Shown piece after piece: positions 1 through 13,400 of a stretch of DNA of 64,000 nt. This DNA is from Toensbergia leucococca (Eukaryota): NCBI GenBank assembly GCA_022813965.1, contig JALDZS010000056.1, positions 1-64,000 on the forward strand, written 5' to 3'. Below the pieces are notes generated by a model. The model was not told the DNA's origin. It worked only from the letters and a program-made list of their open reading frames with translations, and did not search any database. Each line of letters starts with the position of its first letter. The first letter of the stretch is position 1. The position numbers and the translations under genes were made by a program.

Positions 1-473
1 TGATGAGGAAAATGGAATAGAATTAGGAAAATGCAATAGAATTGGGAAAGTTCTATTGTGGGGGCTAGGAATCCCTGTAGACGCTAGGTTTTAGCGTGTC
101 CGATTACTTTTGGACCACGTCCCCGTAGTGCTACTTTTATTATGCATGAGCTTATTCTAGTGGATCTTTTTGTGCAGGGTGCAGGATGCATAAAATACGC
201 AGTCAAGGCTTGGCAGGGGGGGACAAAGTACCAAGTACGGATAAGGAGTTCTGTAGAATTATCTCGTATTTCATTACTCTTTAATGTTTTGGGAGCGCCA
301 TTTGATAGTGTACTAAAACAATCCGTGGTTGATATCTGAATACACAATAGTGCGCTTTTGATTCAGAGACAAGTACGGATACGAAGTAATATATTGTCAT
401 TCGCTCTGTTCAAGCAATGTATCAGGAGCCATGTAGGTTTGCTATTGAACGTTTCGAAATCACTCGATGGAAT

Positions 474-2224
474 CTAAACTTGATTATCTGGGCTCACTTG
501 GGGCGTCCTGTGCTCCTCAAAGGCTTGTTTACCAACTCGCTCGCTTTCTATTGACAATTCCTTAATGAAAAGACTCGACAAAAATCCGATACCACAAATT
601 AAAATCAGCAGTCTCCATATCCAGCTTACACCAGATGCATAAGCTTCAAGGATTTCAGCCCTGATATCGGGTGAGAGATTGAGTTTCTTCAAACTTGGAA
701 TGAATTCGACCGCCATTGAACTATCCAGAAGCGGTTGTGCTGCCGCCGGCAATGGTCTAATCCTGGCAATTCTGGACGCAAAGACATTGTTGAAGATAGC
801 AGAACTAGCAGCAAGGCCTACCACAGAGCCAATCAGACGAATCCACACCATTGTACCCATGGCTAGGCCTGCATCGTCATTCGGAAAAGCAGCTTGCATC
901 GGTAGTATTATCGACGGTCTAAGGCAGCCAAATCCAATCCCAGTGAGAATCTGGAACCCTTCTCGATTGGTATGTGAGGTCCCCACACCACACATTGACA
1001 TCAAGCCTAATCCTACAATTGCAGAAGTCCATCCACTCCAGATTACCCATCGATATCGACGAGTGATCGCAATTGCAACGGAGCCAATAATGGCAAATGG
1101 TACAACGGTAAAGCAAAGAGGAAACGCGTCGATGGCTGTTTGTACAAGAGAGTCTCCAATAACACCTTCAAAATAGATCGGAATGTTGAATACCACGGTG
1201 TAAAGCGCAAGACCAGAAAGGAAGGAACCCAGGAGCGAAAGAGCCCCAGTGAGATTAGTGAAGAGCCTACGAGGTAACATTGGCTCAGTAGGACGTGACT
1301 CATAGAAACCAAATGCAACCAAGATAGCTGCACCAAGTATCAACGGCCCAAGACTTGCTCCGGACCGCCAGGGGAATAGAGTACCCGCCCAAGTGATGGG
1401 CAATATGAAGGCAGTGAATCCGATGGTGAACATGGGGATTCCAGTGTAGTCAATCCGCTTGAATTTTTCATGGATAGTCTGCTCAATAGGTCTAAGAGTG
1501 AGGAAGGAAAAGACAAAGACAATGACAATACCAAGGAGAGGCAGTGTAACCCATGCAATCCATCGCCATGTGATGGTAGCTAGTGTGCCACCTATCAGTG
1601 GTCCGAAGACAGTGCCTATTGCGACTGGCAAATTCAGTAGTCCCAAGTACAGTGGCCGCTCTTTCAACGTGGTAATGTCAGTGAGAATGACTTCTGGCAG
1701 GACATCAAGCCCTGCGCCTCCCAAGCCTTGTATTGTTCTCCCAATGATGAGCATCGTGATGTTGGTGGAAGTTCCCATGACGATGGACCCAACAGCAAAT
1801 ACGACAGCGCAGCCAAGGAGGACATGTTTACGACCGAAGATGTCTGATAGTATGGTGATTATGGGCAGAGTGATGACAGTTGCAAGTAGGAAAGCAATAC
1901 CGAGCCAAAATGTCTCGACGGACGAAGCATTTAAATCTTTAGATATGATCTGTGGATGGTGTCAGTGGATGTATCTGTGTCATAGCGGAAGATAGACGGT
2001 GCAGCTACCGGAAGAGCAATAGGCAGAGCAGTCACGTCGAAAGCGGCAGTAAAACAAGAGAGTGAAAGGGCGGTAAAGGCCAAGATGAACTTCAAGCTCT
2101 TGCCCTTGGCCTTGACTGTGGGCTGTGGGACGAGGACGGCTAAAGTTTCTGAGGCGCGCCTCTTCTCGGCAAGCGTGGCATCAACGACAACATCATCTGG
2201 CTCTATCTTGATATCGTCGCTCAT
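474..2224 (-). CDS. MFS drug:H+ antiporter, DHA2 (14-TMS) type; 2 exons (2224-2009, 1949-474), about 563 aa
   Basis: ORFs 1931..2224 and 474..1778 are joined in frame by a GTAGCT...CTGAC...CACAG intron (2008-1950). MFS motif A-like LSDIFGRK, GRTIQGLGG, GPLIGG..WRW, and many hydrophobic helices. Confidence 0.9.
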
Positions 2225-2687
2225 CTTACTCTCCGTGCTTCTTTACTCCTTTGCCGAGCATTGTATTTGCATAGGAAAGACGGGTGAGGACTCAAAGTGT
2301 GTGAGGTTGACAATCCCATCCTTGTTGCTTCTAGAATATGAGTGAGTACCCTGCAAGTATATTTGTACTAAGAATGGTAGGAGTATCCACCTGTTCTTGC
2401 AAGACTTTTCCACCTATGCAATATAACATAGGCCCTTGATATCTATATATCTACATGGTTGAAGCCATCTACAAGTCACTTGTTCACAAAGGCATTTATA
2501 TCATACACTATTCATACCTTGACGCTGAACCTCTAGTCCTGCTTTTCCTTATTACAAGACAGCTAGAGTGCTCGTAATCACCACTTCTGCCTTGTCTTGT
2601 CGTTCTCTCTTACCTTCTTTCTCACATCGACACCTCCCCCCCCCACCACACACACGCATCGATCCCTCACCAAATTCACCCATCAAA

Positions 2688-4118
2688 ATGTCAAGTCACT
2701 CATCCTCCCAAACACCCCCATTCTGCACTCATCCCCTCCTCAACACGGAACCCTCCACTCACGCCCCGAAAGCGAAATACCGCAGGCCTACACCCCAGCA
2801 ACTCGCAATAGCCACAGGTAATCCAAACAAAGCCACCAAGATAACATCTTCAGCCACGTTTCCCGCACCGCTAGTGCTACCCGAAGATGATCTATTTCTA
2901 GATCCGCGCTACTCAGCGCAGAATTTCAGATCATGGCTACGAGAGGGAAATCGGAATGAAGTCACCTTCGAGAAAAACGTGATATATGTGGCTGCCCCTC
3001 CGGCTGTGGCTTCCGATGTTGGTTTCATCAGCTCGTGGAGTGAGCCGCAGGCAGATGATGCTGCGAGCCATATTCGAGCTTCGAAGCGGTCGTACGCTGG
3101 TCTTGTGAAGCCGGCTGTAGCAGCGACTGTGCCACCGCGCGTACAGGATGTTGTTGATTATCTCGCGGCTTTCTATTGCGGCTTGGACGTCAAGCTCTTA
3201 CCAACATCGAGGCTTCACTTCACCAGCTGGGAGCAAGGCAATTTAAGATCCTCAAACAAAAGAGCCCAATCTACAGCTCCGCGCTTTATTGGCCTTGAGA
3301 CCTCCACCGAGTGCGTGCGAATCCGAACCCGCGCTTCCCCGAACAGCGTTTTCAAGCGGCAGCTCAACCTGGACGATCTTCTCGATGCGGCCATTAGTAT
3401 GCTACCAGATGATGCCTATGCTCTCTTGCTACTCGTGCAACACGATCTTTTTGAGGATGCAGACGATGACTTTGTATGCGGCCGCGCGTACGGAGGTAGC
3501 CGGGTCGCTGTCGTGTCTACCGCTAGATACAATCCTGACTTGGATTGCAAGCACAATGTCGAACGAGAGCACGCTTGGCCTGCGTCACACTGCAGTGCGT
3601 ACATGAATGCATGCTGCGGTGCACCTTCACAAGCCAAAGTGCGAGCTTCGAAAAAGCCAGAAGCTCCAAACGGCGATGCGAGCGCAGCGACACCGGATCA
3701 TTCACAGCACTCCTCCACTGACAAAGCTATAACTTCACCTCTTCATGCCGCCGTCTCCGCGCACACCGCTCTCCCATCTCCAACCCAATTTCTATCCACA
3801 GCACAGCTCACAGGGCTATGGCTAGGCCGCATCTGCCTTACCGCAAGCCACGAGCTCGGCCACTGCCTCGGCATAGACCACTGCGTATACTACGCCTGCG
3901 CCATGCAAGGCAGTGCATCGCTCGTGGAAGATGCCCGGCAGCCTCCATATCTCTGTCCCGTCGACTTGGCGAAAATGCTGCGCGCCACGGGCGCTAGCGC
4001 CGAAGAGCGTTACGCGGCTCTTGTATCTTTTTGCGACAGGCATCTAGAGATTCATTTATTTGCCGCGTTTGCGGCGTGGATTCGTTCGAGGTTGGTGGAG
4101 TTGGATGCAGCTGGCTAG
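2688..4118 (+). CDS. Archaemetzincin-like zinc metalloprotease (peptidase M54 family), intronless
   Basis: HELGHCLGIDHCVYYACAMQGS...YLCPVD matches the archaemetzincin HExxHxxGxxxCxxxxCxM...CxxC pattern, with the last Cys replaced by Asp. First ATG in the ORF is at 2688. Confidence 0.8.
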   Translation: MSSHSSSQTPPFCTHPLLNTEPSTHAPKAKYRRPTPQQLAIATGNPNKATKITSSATFPAPLVLPEDDLFLDPRYSAQNFRSWLREGNRNEVTFEKNVIYVAAPPAVASDVGFISSWSEPQADDAASHIRASKRSYAGLVKPAVAATVPPRVQDVVDYLAAFYCGLDVKLLPTSRLHFTSWEQGNLRSSNKRAQSTAPRFIGLETSTECVRIRTRASPNSVFKRQLNLDDLLDAAISMLPDDAYALLLLVQHDLFEDADDDFVCGRAYGGSRVAVVSTARYNPDLDCKHNVEREHAWPASHCSAYMNACCGAPSQAKVRASKKPEAPNGDASAATPDHSQHSSTDKAITSPLHAAVSAHTALPSPTQFLSTAQLTGLWLGRICLTASHELGHCLGIDHCVYYACAMQGSASLVEDARQPPYLCPVDLAKMLRATGASAEERYAALVSFCDRHLEIHLFAAFAAWIRSRLVELDAAG

Positions 4119-5655
4119 GTTTTGCGATGAAGGAGAAGGTACGGCCCAATGATGAACTCTTTAGATTGAGTGAAATTTGGAAACATATCTGGGGATGAAG
4201 AAGAAATGCGGAGAACCATTTCCCAGGAGTTTCAGACGCGTGCATTCCTCGTATATGAGGGTGCTTTCCCAGGCTAAAATTCCGAATCCATAAAAAGGTT
4301 GCAAAACGTTCAAGATACAACCGATCACGGATCTCCTTCCAACACGGCCTAGATCAATGTCAGATCCTTACTCCCAAAAGCCTAACCGCACTTCCATTGC
4401 ACATTTCAGAGAGCAAAATCCCCAGAAGAACTCTCTCAAGTATGTTGATCGACGGCGTAAATCGCCCGTCTCGGACGGCTGTACTCAGAATCGGGAGCTT
4501 AGCACATTTATCCCTCAAAGCCAGGCCAAAGTCAAGATGCAAAAACAACATGAGCGCTGAAGCCTCAGTTTCGATAGACAGCTTTCCCAGTGCAGCAATG
4601 AGAAGAACGGCGGAAAGGATGAATTTCTGTTCTTGGGTTCCTGCTAGTCGCTCAATCGCAGATGGCTGGACAATCTTCGCGCGATCGGCATATAGTTGTT
4701 TTTGTGTTGAAAGAGTGGTTCAAGTCTAATACTAGGAGCAATAGACAATCCGAGAGGCGATTGTCGGTGCGATTCCTGACCTGCCGCTCTTCGCTTGCTA
4801 TCGAATTCAATCTCTAATGGCGAATCCACCCCTCTGGCTGGTTCGGTGTCCTCCTCCTTCAGAGCGCAGCATACGCTACAAATATAGCACCTCAAGCAAA
4901 CGGCTATGTTTTCATGTCGATAAGTCATTGGCTAGACGTCGGCCAGGTGGACTGTCGGGTACCACGTCTGAAGAGCTGGTCAGAACTAGTCAGGATTTGC
5001 TATTTCCCTCCTGTCTGAACGCGGTGCTGCAGATCTCATCGACGGGGAAACCTATATTTATAGCTTTAGGCATATCATAGTCCTCGAAGAAGCATAGATG
5101 TGATTCTTCGTTAATGTGATGCATTTATGAAGTCCTCGGCCATGGCACAGCAAAGTCAGGAGTAAAATCGAAAGACATGAAATCGCAAGCATCGATCTGG
5201 CAGCGTTGTGGCTTTCAATGAGAGTCGAAACGTCTACTACACGTCTAAGCTTAGCATTCATCGTAGAAATGAATCCTTGGAATGACTCACTTATCAATGA
5301 AATCCACTTCCTCCACTTCCTTCTGTGTGTGCCATTTCCTTAAAGCTCGACGGGACAGTTGTGAAAATCATTGTCGAGACTCGTGCTAACGTGCTGAACT
5401 TTTCCCGGGTCCTGGTGATTGCTCCATACACCCTGCAGCTCCTTGACTTGATCAGAAGCTGGGTCGATGATCATAGCTGAGATCTTCCTGTTCCATATGG
5501 CCAATCGCCTTGCCCTCCACTATTTCATCAGTTTCGTCCAATCCACAGAGATTTCGTCGTTATTCCCGGCAAAGATTCCACGTGCTCTTCAGCTCGCGCT
5601 TCAAATGGATGTCTACTTATCTCATTCTCCTCAACATCTGTTCGGTATCGAACGT

Positions 5656-6987
5656 CTACGTCAAGCGTGTTCCGCTTGTAAGCCTGGGTACAAGAATTTG
5701 GACTCGGCGAAAGTCATTCAGCAGCTCGTCGTGAAAGCCGAGATAAGCTTTGGAGGGAAAAAAATCGGTGATATGCTCGTTGTCTTTATCGTTTTCCTTA
5801 CTATACAGACATACCCACGGATATAAGAGCTCCCATAAAATAAGTTTCTTGACGCTCTTCAAGCGGGGAATTAGTTTGATCACTTGACGATACTGTATGC
5901 CACATTCGGGGCTATAGGTAATTTCGTACGTGAGCAGTACTTTCAACCAATTTCATCCACGAAAGTAGCATGAAAACAAATAGGAAGGAGTTCAGCAAGA
6001 ATAGACATACCACTCTTTGGAGTCGCATCCTTCATTCTCGTGCTGATAATCGCAGCTAGGGCACGTGCTCTGTTCTACAAGGCTATGGAACACCATACTC
6101 ATTTCTACGATCTGTCCGGGTTTGAAAGTAAGATTCCATGGTCGATCTAGAGGTATTTCTCTCCGTCGGTCATGAAAGATGAATTCTGATCTGGTAAGCT
6201 TGTGCAAGCCTTTGGCGGTAACACCGCTTTGTTGGAATTGAATTTTCAAGACTGCTACAAGGGCCTCGATGGATGTCACAAAGTCAAGGTGAAAAGGAGC
6301 CACCTTTCCGCAGGCATCCAGTAGAATGACAGGTTTTTGCAACAGGACTTGTGCGGGTATCTCTGCCTGCAGCCGGGAAATTGCGCGTTGTTCTACAACC
6401 TCGTTCGCTAGCTGCTGATTAGTACGTAAAAGGCTTTCAATGAAGTCTGCCTGTTGAGTTGATAGACCCTTTATCAGACTGTTATTCAAGGTCATGTCGA
6501 CTTGTAGGTTCGCAATCGCTTTGCATGTGGACTGAAGCGTCTGGTGGCGTTCGACATTTTGACTGACCTGCATCGTCATCAAGAGCATGTTGATTGAGGA
6601 TGAATGCCGCTCCAATCGCTGCTGAAATCTGGCGACGTCCTCCTTTTTGCACACGGCCCATTGTATTTTCCGTATATTGGCTGTCCAACCCCGCACCCCG
6701 GGTTGTAGCCAAGGCTGATATTTGGAGATGTCATTGAGGAATGACTCAATGCAGACCTGGCAACGATCTACGGCTTCCTGTATTGGAGAATACTGGTTCG
6801 CGGCGGTCTGGTCGAGATGGAGGTCATGGATTGCGCTTAGAGCGGCTTCGAGGCTTCGTAATTCTTCCGTCAGAGAATGATATTGAACAGAGGCGCCTTT
6901 GCTGTCTTGGACGGCATTGATGGAAGAGATGAGGACGTTTATGCAAGCAATGAAGTCACCAAAAGAGAATCCAAAAGGGGCAACCAT
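5656..6987 (-). CDS. Fungal N-terminal (HeLo-like/STAND N-terminal type) domain + ubiquitin-like domain + CxxC/CxxC zinc ribbon; exons 6987-6011 and 5911-5656, about 410 aa
   Basis: The N-terminus PFGFSFGDFI...GAS.QY..L..EL..L is typical of fungal HeLo-like N-terminal domains. PVILLDACG..PFHLDF...W...FKPGQ.VEMSMVF is ubiquitin-like. A GTATGT...TAG intron restores CPSC...ECPECG. Confidence 0.7.
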
Positions 6988-7444
6988 AGCAGTCTTGCCT
7001 AATGTCAGTCAATATTTGTGCCCGTGGCCTTAGTCAAGGCCAAAAGATAGACGACTCCATCAATATGATCTTAGATGGCAGACTCAAGATTCTGACGTGG
7101 AAATACAGTTGGCGTAGAAGAGTAGGAGGGGTCTGGACCCTTGGTCTGTGGAGTCTGCCTCGGGCCCTTGGCCAAGGCTGTGGTGGCTGGCGACAACAAA
7201 CGAGAAAGCAGGGGGGGCTCATTGGCAATTATTACTCCATACAAGGTAGAAGAGTGTAAACAATGCTACAGACACAAGGCAGCATTTACAGAGATCTACT
7301 TGACAAACAAGACAGAACAGACACGCCTTCATATCGTTGCATCGAGGCAGTTGACAGAGACACATGAGTTCGTATATCATCTATATAAATCAGACTGCAG
7401 CATAAATCCTCACATCGCTCACTCCAACGGGAGCCCCTCCCACT

Positions 7445-10400
7445 TCAGGAAGAAGTGGAACAAAGAGCACTCTTCCTCGCAACGGCCATACTCACAGCTT
7501 CAATACTCGTGCCACCCATGATTTCGAAAATCGCCACATCGGCGCTCAGTTCCTTAGCAAAGTAGTTACGTAATTCGACGGCAAGGAGCGAGTCAACCCC
7601 GTACGCGTGCAAAGGCTTTGCCGTGTCCAAATCCTCCAGAGGTATTGACAATGACCTGGACAGCTTCTGCAAGATTAATTCCGTTACGATCCGCCCGGCC
7701 TCCTCTAAGGTCGATACGTCGCGAAGCAAGGCTACGTAGTCGATGCGGTTCTCAGTAGAGGGAGTACTGGAGTTCCCCACGCCCATATGGTGCAGGTACC
7801 GGAACGTGCTTCTCTGCATCCAGTGAGGCTCTCTCAAATTCTTGGCACGCATTGTAGCCGGAAGCTCAAGACCTATGACTGCCTGTGTTGCTGATGCAGA
7901 TGCCGTGTCCGAGTCGGGATTGCAGTAGTGATCCAGCAGCGCGAAGAATTCGCCTTGGGAGATGGGTATAAAAGAACCCCCAGCCGCCATACTCGTAGAG
8001 AGGAACGAGCTCTCCGCCACAGCACCCTCTGACTCCATCCAGCCGAGGTCTATGCTGGTTGCTTTCTCGCCGCGCGAGACACGGTAGTCAGCAAGGGCAT
8101 CCATGTAGGTATTTCCAGCGGCGTAATTGGCTTGGCCACCAGATCCTACAATGCCCGCAATCGATGAGAGACAGAGAAAGAAGTCCATGCCTTGCGGGAG
8201 GAGAGAGTGAAGATTCCAAGAGCCTTGAACTTTAGGAGCGATGCTCGCTGTCCAGTCTTCGAATGTCATGTTTTCAAGGATGGCGTCCTCGGAGCTTGTC
8301 AGCGTGTATTGATGTAGAAGAGCGAGAAGGAACTTACCTTCAAGACCATGGACCCCTGAATAACGCCTTTGACGGGCGGCATGGTCTCCGCGCATCTTTC
8401 TAGTGCATTTCGAAGCATGTCCGCTTGAGTCACATCACACGCTGGGGCCTCCACGTGAGCACCCTTGGCTTTCAACTCCTTAATCAATGCGATAGCAGTG
8501 GTTGATTGAGCGCCAGAGCGAGAGAGCAGAATGAGATTTTTGACGCCACGGTTTACCATCCACCGTGCGGCGCTCCTACCAAGACCTCCCAAGCCACCGG
8601 CGATTAAATACGTCGAGTTTTGGTCAAAATGATAATCGGGCTTTGTCTCGATCACAGTCTGGAGTCGTCAAATATTAGTCGAAAGCCTTCCAAACTATGG
8701 GGAAATTGAAAGTATACGAACATGGACTTTCTCGAAGTTCCTCATCTCTACCACCATTTTACCAGAATTGCGTCCACTTTGGAAGTTACGAAAAACCTTC
8801 TCGATTTCCGAGATTCCAAAAACCTGCAGCGGTTGCGGAGTATGGAAATTCTTTGTCGTCATCAAAGCTATGATACTCTTCAGAGTCTTGCACACGTATG
8901 ATGGTCGTTGTGCAATTATGGGAACAATATCGATCGCTGAAAAGGTTGCGTTCTTGTCAAATTGCCACATTGGCAGGTTACCGCGAGAGTTGATATCTCT
9001 TTTTCCGATCTCGACAAAGCGGCCGAACTGAAGAGATGGTTAGCAACGACTCGGAATCCAATGACTTTCTCAAGACTCACAGGGGCAATGCATTCCCAGG
9101 ATGCGATCAGGCCCTCGCCCGAAAGCGAATTCAAGACAACATCTACACCTTTATTATTTGTCATCCGCATAATACCTTGAGCAAAGGACGTGTTCCTGCT
9201 GTAGAAGATGTGATCCTCCAATATGCCGTAAGTATCCATCAGGAGTTTCTTCTTCTCTTCGGAACCGACCGTAATGTAGATTTCGGCTCCAATGTGTTTC
9301 GCTACCTGAATTGCAGCTTGACCTGTGCCACCAGCAGCAGCATGAATTAAAACAGATTCCCCTCGTTGAAGCCGTGCAACGTCGCAAAGTCCGTACCATG
9401 CAGTAAAAAATACAACAGGTAGTGCGCTTGCTTCTGCGAATGTCATTTCATCCGGGATCTTGCTCACGCACAGAGCAGAACCTCTTGCGAAGGTTCTGTA
9501 GGTGTCGGTTAAGAGTCCTACCACGCGATCGCCCGGCCTCAAATCACAGTCCGCAGAAACTCTACTTACGACGCCAGAACACTCGCCTCCGAGGAAGTTA
9601 CTGTCAAGTTGACCTAACGCAGTCAGACAATCTCTGAAGTTAACTCCGCTGGCCTCCACTTTGATCTCAACCTCGCCATGTGCCAAAGGTTTGGCTGGGG
9701 TAAAGTCCTCCAAGAATTGCAGGGAGTTGAGCAGACCTGGAGAAGCGAGGTGTAGAGCCAAAGGCGGTCCCTGTCCGAACTCTTCTATTTTGTGCTGATG
9801 GGATGAAGTCTTGACATGGATTTCCTGATTTAGTTTGCTAGCTTCGACAACTCTGCCGATCTCCAACATTCCATCTTTCTCCCGGTATTCAGACTCAACA
9901 TCGTCTTCAGGCCGAGCAAGAATGTTCTCGAATACCTGGAGAATCTTACGCACGGGACTGTCACCGCTAGTAGTAACGTTTTCAAGCGCAAGAGTCACAA
10001 AAATGAGCATGTTGAATTCGGTCCGGGCAACTCTTGAAAGACCATCCACCAAGTGTTTTCGCGGTCTTTCCTGAATATCAACGCTACCATCCGTTACCCA
10101 GAGAAGACCTGGGGCTCTGGTTATAACTTGCTGCAACATGCAAAAGGTATGCGCATCAAGATCGGCCAATATCGGCTCTTCGACTTCTATGAGGACGAAG
10201 CAGAATCGCTGATGAAGATCAACCGTCTTCGATGCTTTCTCGAGTGATGTTACATTGCATTCTGTACCTCCATTTGAAACAAGATTATCTTGAAGTCTAC
10301 GAGCCAGAGTCTGTTGAACGGAGCTGCCTTCAGTGACGATAATCAAGGCTTTTGGGAACTGAAGTCGACTCTCAATAATGCCCACGGTCTGATCCCGTAC

Positions 10401-13400
10401 CGGCTCGACTGCTGTCGTGATAATGATGCTGATTTCATGGAATGCTTTATCGAGGTGGTCCGGAATCTCGAGATCTGTGCCTGAAAATCCAGTTCGACGA
10501 GTAAGATCGTTCCACTCCTTTTCAGAGATGAAAGGCCCATTTTTTCGATAGTCTTCTTCGCCTGTGAATGTCTGTCAGCGTGTTATTTGAAGAAAAGATT
10601 TGCCATATATACTTAGCCACCATCCAGGTAGAAGCCCGAAGGCAAACCCAGACCTCAAAACGTGTTGAGTGATCTCAAAAATCACAAATTTACCTCCACT
10701 GTTACTTGTAAGTACCTCATTGGCAAGGAAGAATGTTCAGGGCGAGTGAGGTTTATGTTAGACTTACGGTTTAAGTAGCTTGCGAGCATTACGCATCGTG
10801 TTCTCAAGATTCCGAGTAGCGTGAAGCACCTGTCAAACCGCAGTCAGTACTTACCAAAAGAAATACCGGGAGTACTTACGCTTGCAGCGAGAATCAAATC
10901 GTACGATCCAACCTCGAATCCCTGTTCTGAAGGATCCAACTCAATATCCAAGACTTTGAACTTGATTATATTGCTGAAGCATTCAAATCTATCACTAGCC
11001 GCTCCAAAAAAAGACGGAGATACGTCTGTGTAGTCATACTGAGAGCATTTCGGGGTACTCGTAGCCCCTTTGTCGTGACCGATCAGGGCGTCTAAGATGA
11101 AATCCGTCGTTGCGCCGGTTCCAGAGCCAACTTCAAGGATCTTGAGCCTAGGGTTCTTATGGGTCATTGCATCGAGGTATCTGTATAGCGGTTCATAGCA
11201 AACGATCTCTTTATTGACTGCTCGGTAGAACTCGGCAACAGAGTCATCCTGAAACATGAATGTGAGCGGATCAAGACTGCCGGTTAAAATCTGAAGGAGA
11301 CTTCTTCCAATCCTGACGTAGAACTTGCCTTGGACTGTAGATTCAAGGCGCCGACAGAGGGTTTCCCAGGATTGCACGTCATGAAGCAGAGCTGCCCATT
11401 TGGGATTATCATCAAATAGGCTTGGCAATGCACGCTCGTGAAAGCGTTTGACCTCATATTTCATCCACTGGACGTATTTCTGAAGATGCTCTTGACGAGA
11501 TTCCTCTTTGTGGTCCACTAGCGCATCCAATGTGTCGGACATGAACTTGAGAAGCGCATATCCAACATCTTCGTAGAAGTCAAAAGTGGAATCTCGATGA
11601 GGCCGTGTACTTTCGCAGTATTTCAAAACTTGTTCTTGATTCCCTAGGTCTAGATCCGGCTTCCAGTCTACGCTGTAGCAAAGACGTCTTGCCGAACCCT
11701 GGGATTCAAGAAGAGTGTCTCGATTGGCCACTGCTGTGGCTTCGGAAGTCCCAATTGATAGTAGGAGATCACCAGTCATAGCATCTAAAGCGAACATATG
11801 ACCATGACTTCTGCGGTTGCCCGTAAAGCCAACGTGTGCGTACGCATTGACCATGGGGCAGTCTGGATAGCTGATTCCGGTACTAGATATCCAGAGATTG
11901 CTGATCCGTGTTATCATCATGGTCGGTGTGTTCACTTCTGTGCCCTTTGCAAGCGCGACCAGCATCAGTTGAAACAAAGAATCAAGAGTTGTGGGGTGTA
12001 TGATGTGTTGCTGGGGATGATTCTTTCCTCCTTCGACAGTCCATTGAAAGACTCGCACTTTTCCGGTCGCCTCACCACTGTCATTGTAGGAGATTTGCCG
12101 AATGCCTTGGAACGCCGGGCCAGTTCCAAGCCCGATATCGGCCAAACGTTCATACATTAGCTCTGTAGCCACTGAACGGTCACACCTTGCTGTCGCTTGT
12201 TCGTACATCTGACGATGGTGATGAAGCCTGGCTTCATTTTCTTTGCCTGCATCTACTTCATCTTCGGATGTTTCATAGTCCAGTTGGATGTCGCCATGGC
12301 AATTCTCGTCCCATCGACCGTCATTGTTGATATACAGCCGGAAATCTGACACGACAGAATCATTCTTGATCGAATCTTCCTTGGTTCGAAGGCAAAGTTG
12401 TAATTCCACCCCATTGGGTCCCTCTGGTATAGGTACGGGATTGTGGAAAGTCGCGTCTTTGATTCGGTATCCCGCGATACGCCTCTCACTTGCAAGTTGT
12501 TTACAAGCTTCCAAAGCCATAACCAGCATTCCTGCTGCAGGATACACAGAAGACCCATTGATCTAGGTCACAGAATCAGTTTACGTACTTCTGTAATGAA
12601 GGAACTTCCAGACCTTGTGATCCTCGACCCACGGCGTTTCCGATATTCGAATTATTTTCCGCCACCTTGCGTCCAAAGGATTCCAATCTGATGCAGGACT
12701 TCCTAGGAGATCTAGGCGAGGCTGCTTACGGAGTCTCCAGCCTTCTTTGCCGTATCTGCTTTCATGCCAATAGCTTCGTGAATGGTCGAAGGGGTATTCT
12801 GGAAGATTGGGCAGAACCATCTGAGCTGTAGGTTTCAATCCTGACCGGTTGACTTCAGGAATATCAACTGGGTAGCCAAAGCAAGCCAAACGACCAATTG
12901 CGTCTAGCAAAGTATCCAAGGCAGAAACAGAACGAACCATGACAGAATCATAGCTGATATTGTCTTTGCCGACTCCTCTCAGAATATCCTTGGTGGGACC
13001 TCGCATAGCGCTATGTGGCCCAATTTCCAGAAGCCCACTTAATTCTACCAATGGCTGATGAGCTCCAGATTTCGCTCTTGAACGCTTGCCAGCGCCAGAG
13101 CACATCTGTGCTAGTGCATGCGAAAATCTGACAGGCGAAACCATGTTCTTAACCCAGTAATCGCTTTGTAGCATCTCATCAAGAGTGAGGGTTTCGCAAG
13201 ACACCGATGAAATCATAACAGAGCTGGTGGCAGGGACATCTCCTCTCACAAGGTGTTTGATTGACGCCAGATAGTCTGCCGCTATCTCCTCCATCTGAGG
13301 AGAGTGGTATGCAACATTCACAAGAAGCTTGCGGGCAAAGATGTGGTCTTTTTCTAGAAGTGACTTCAGCTTATCGACTTGCGGCCCACTCCCAGTGACC

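Noticed and set aside
1..350. AT-rich window start as a transposon fragment
   Set aside because: No terminal repeat or recognisable transposase/RT motif in the visible part.
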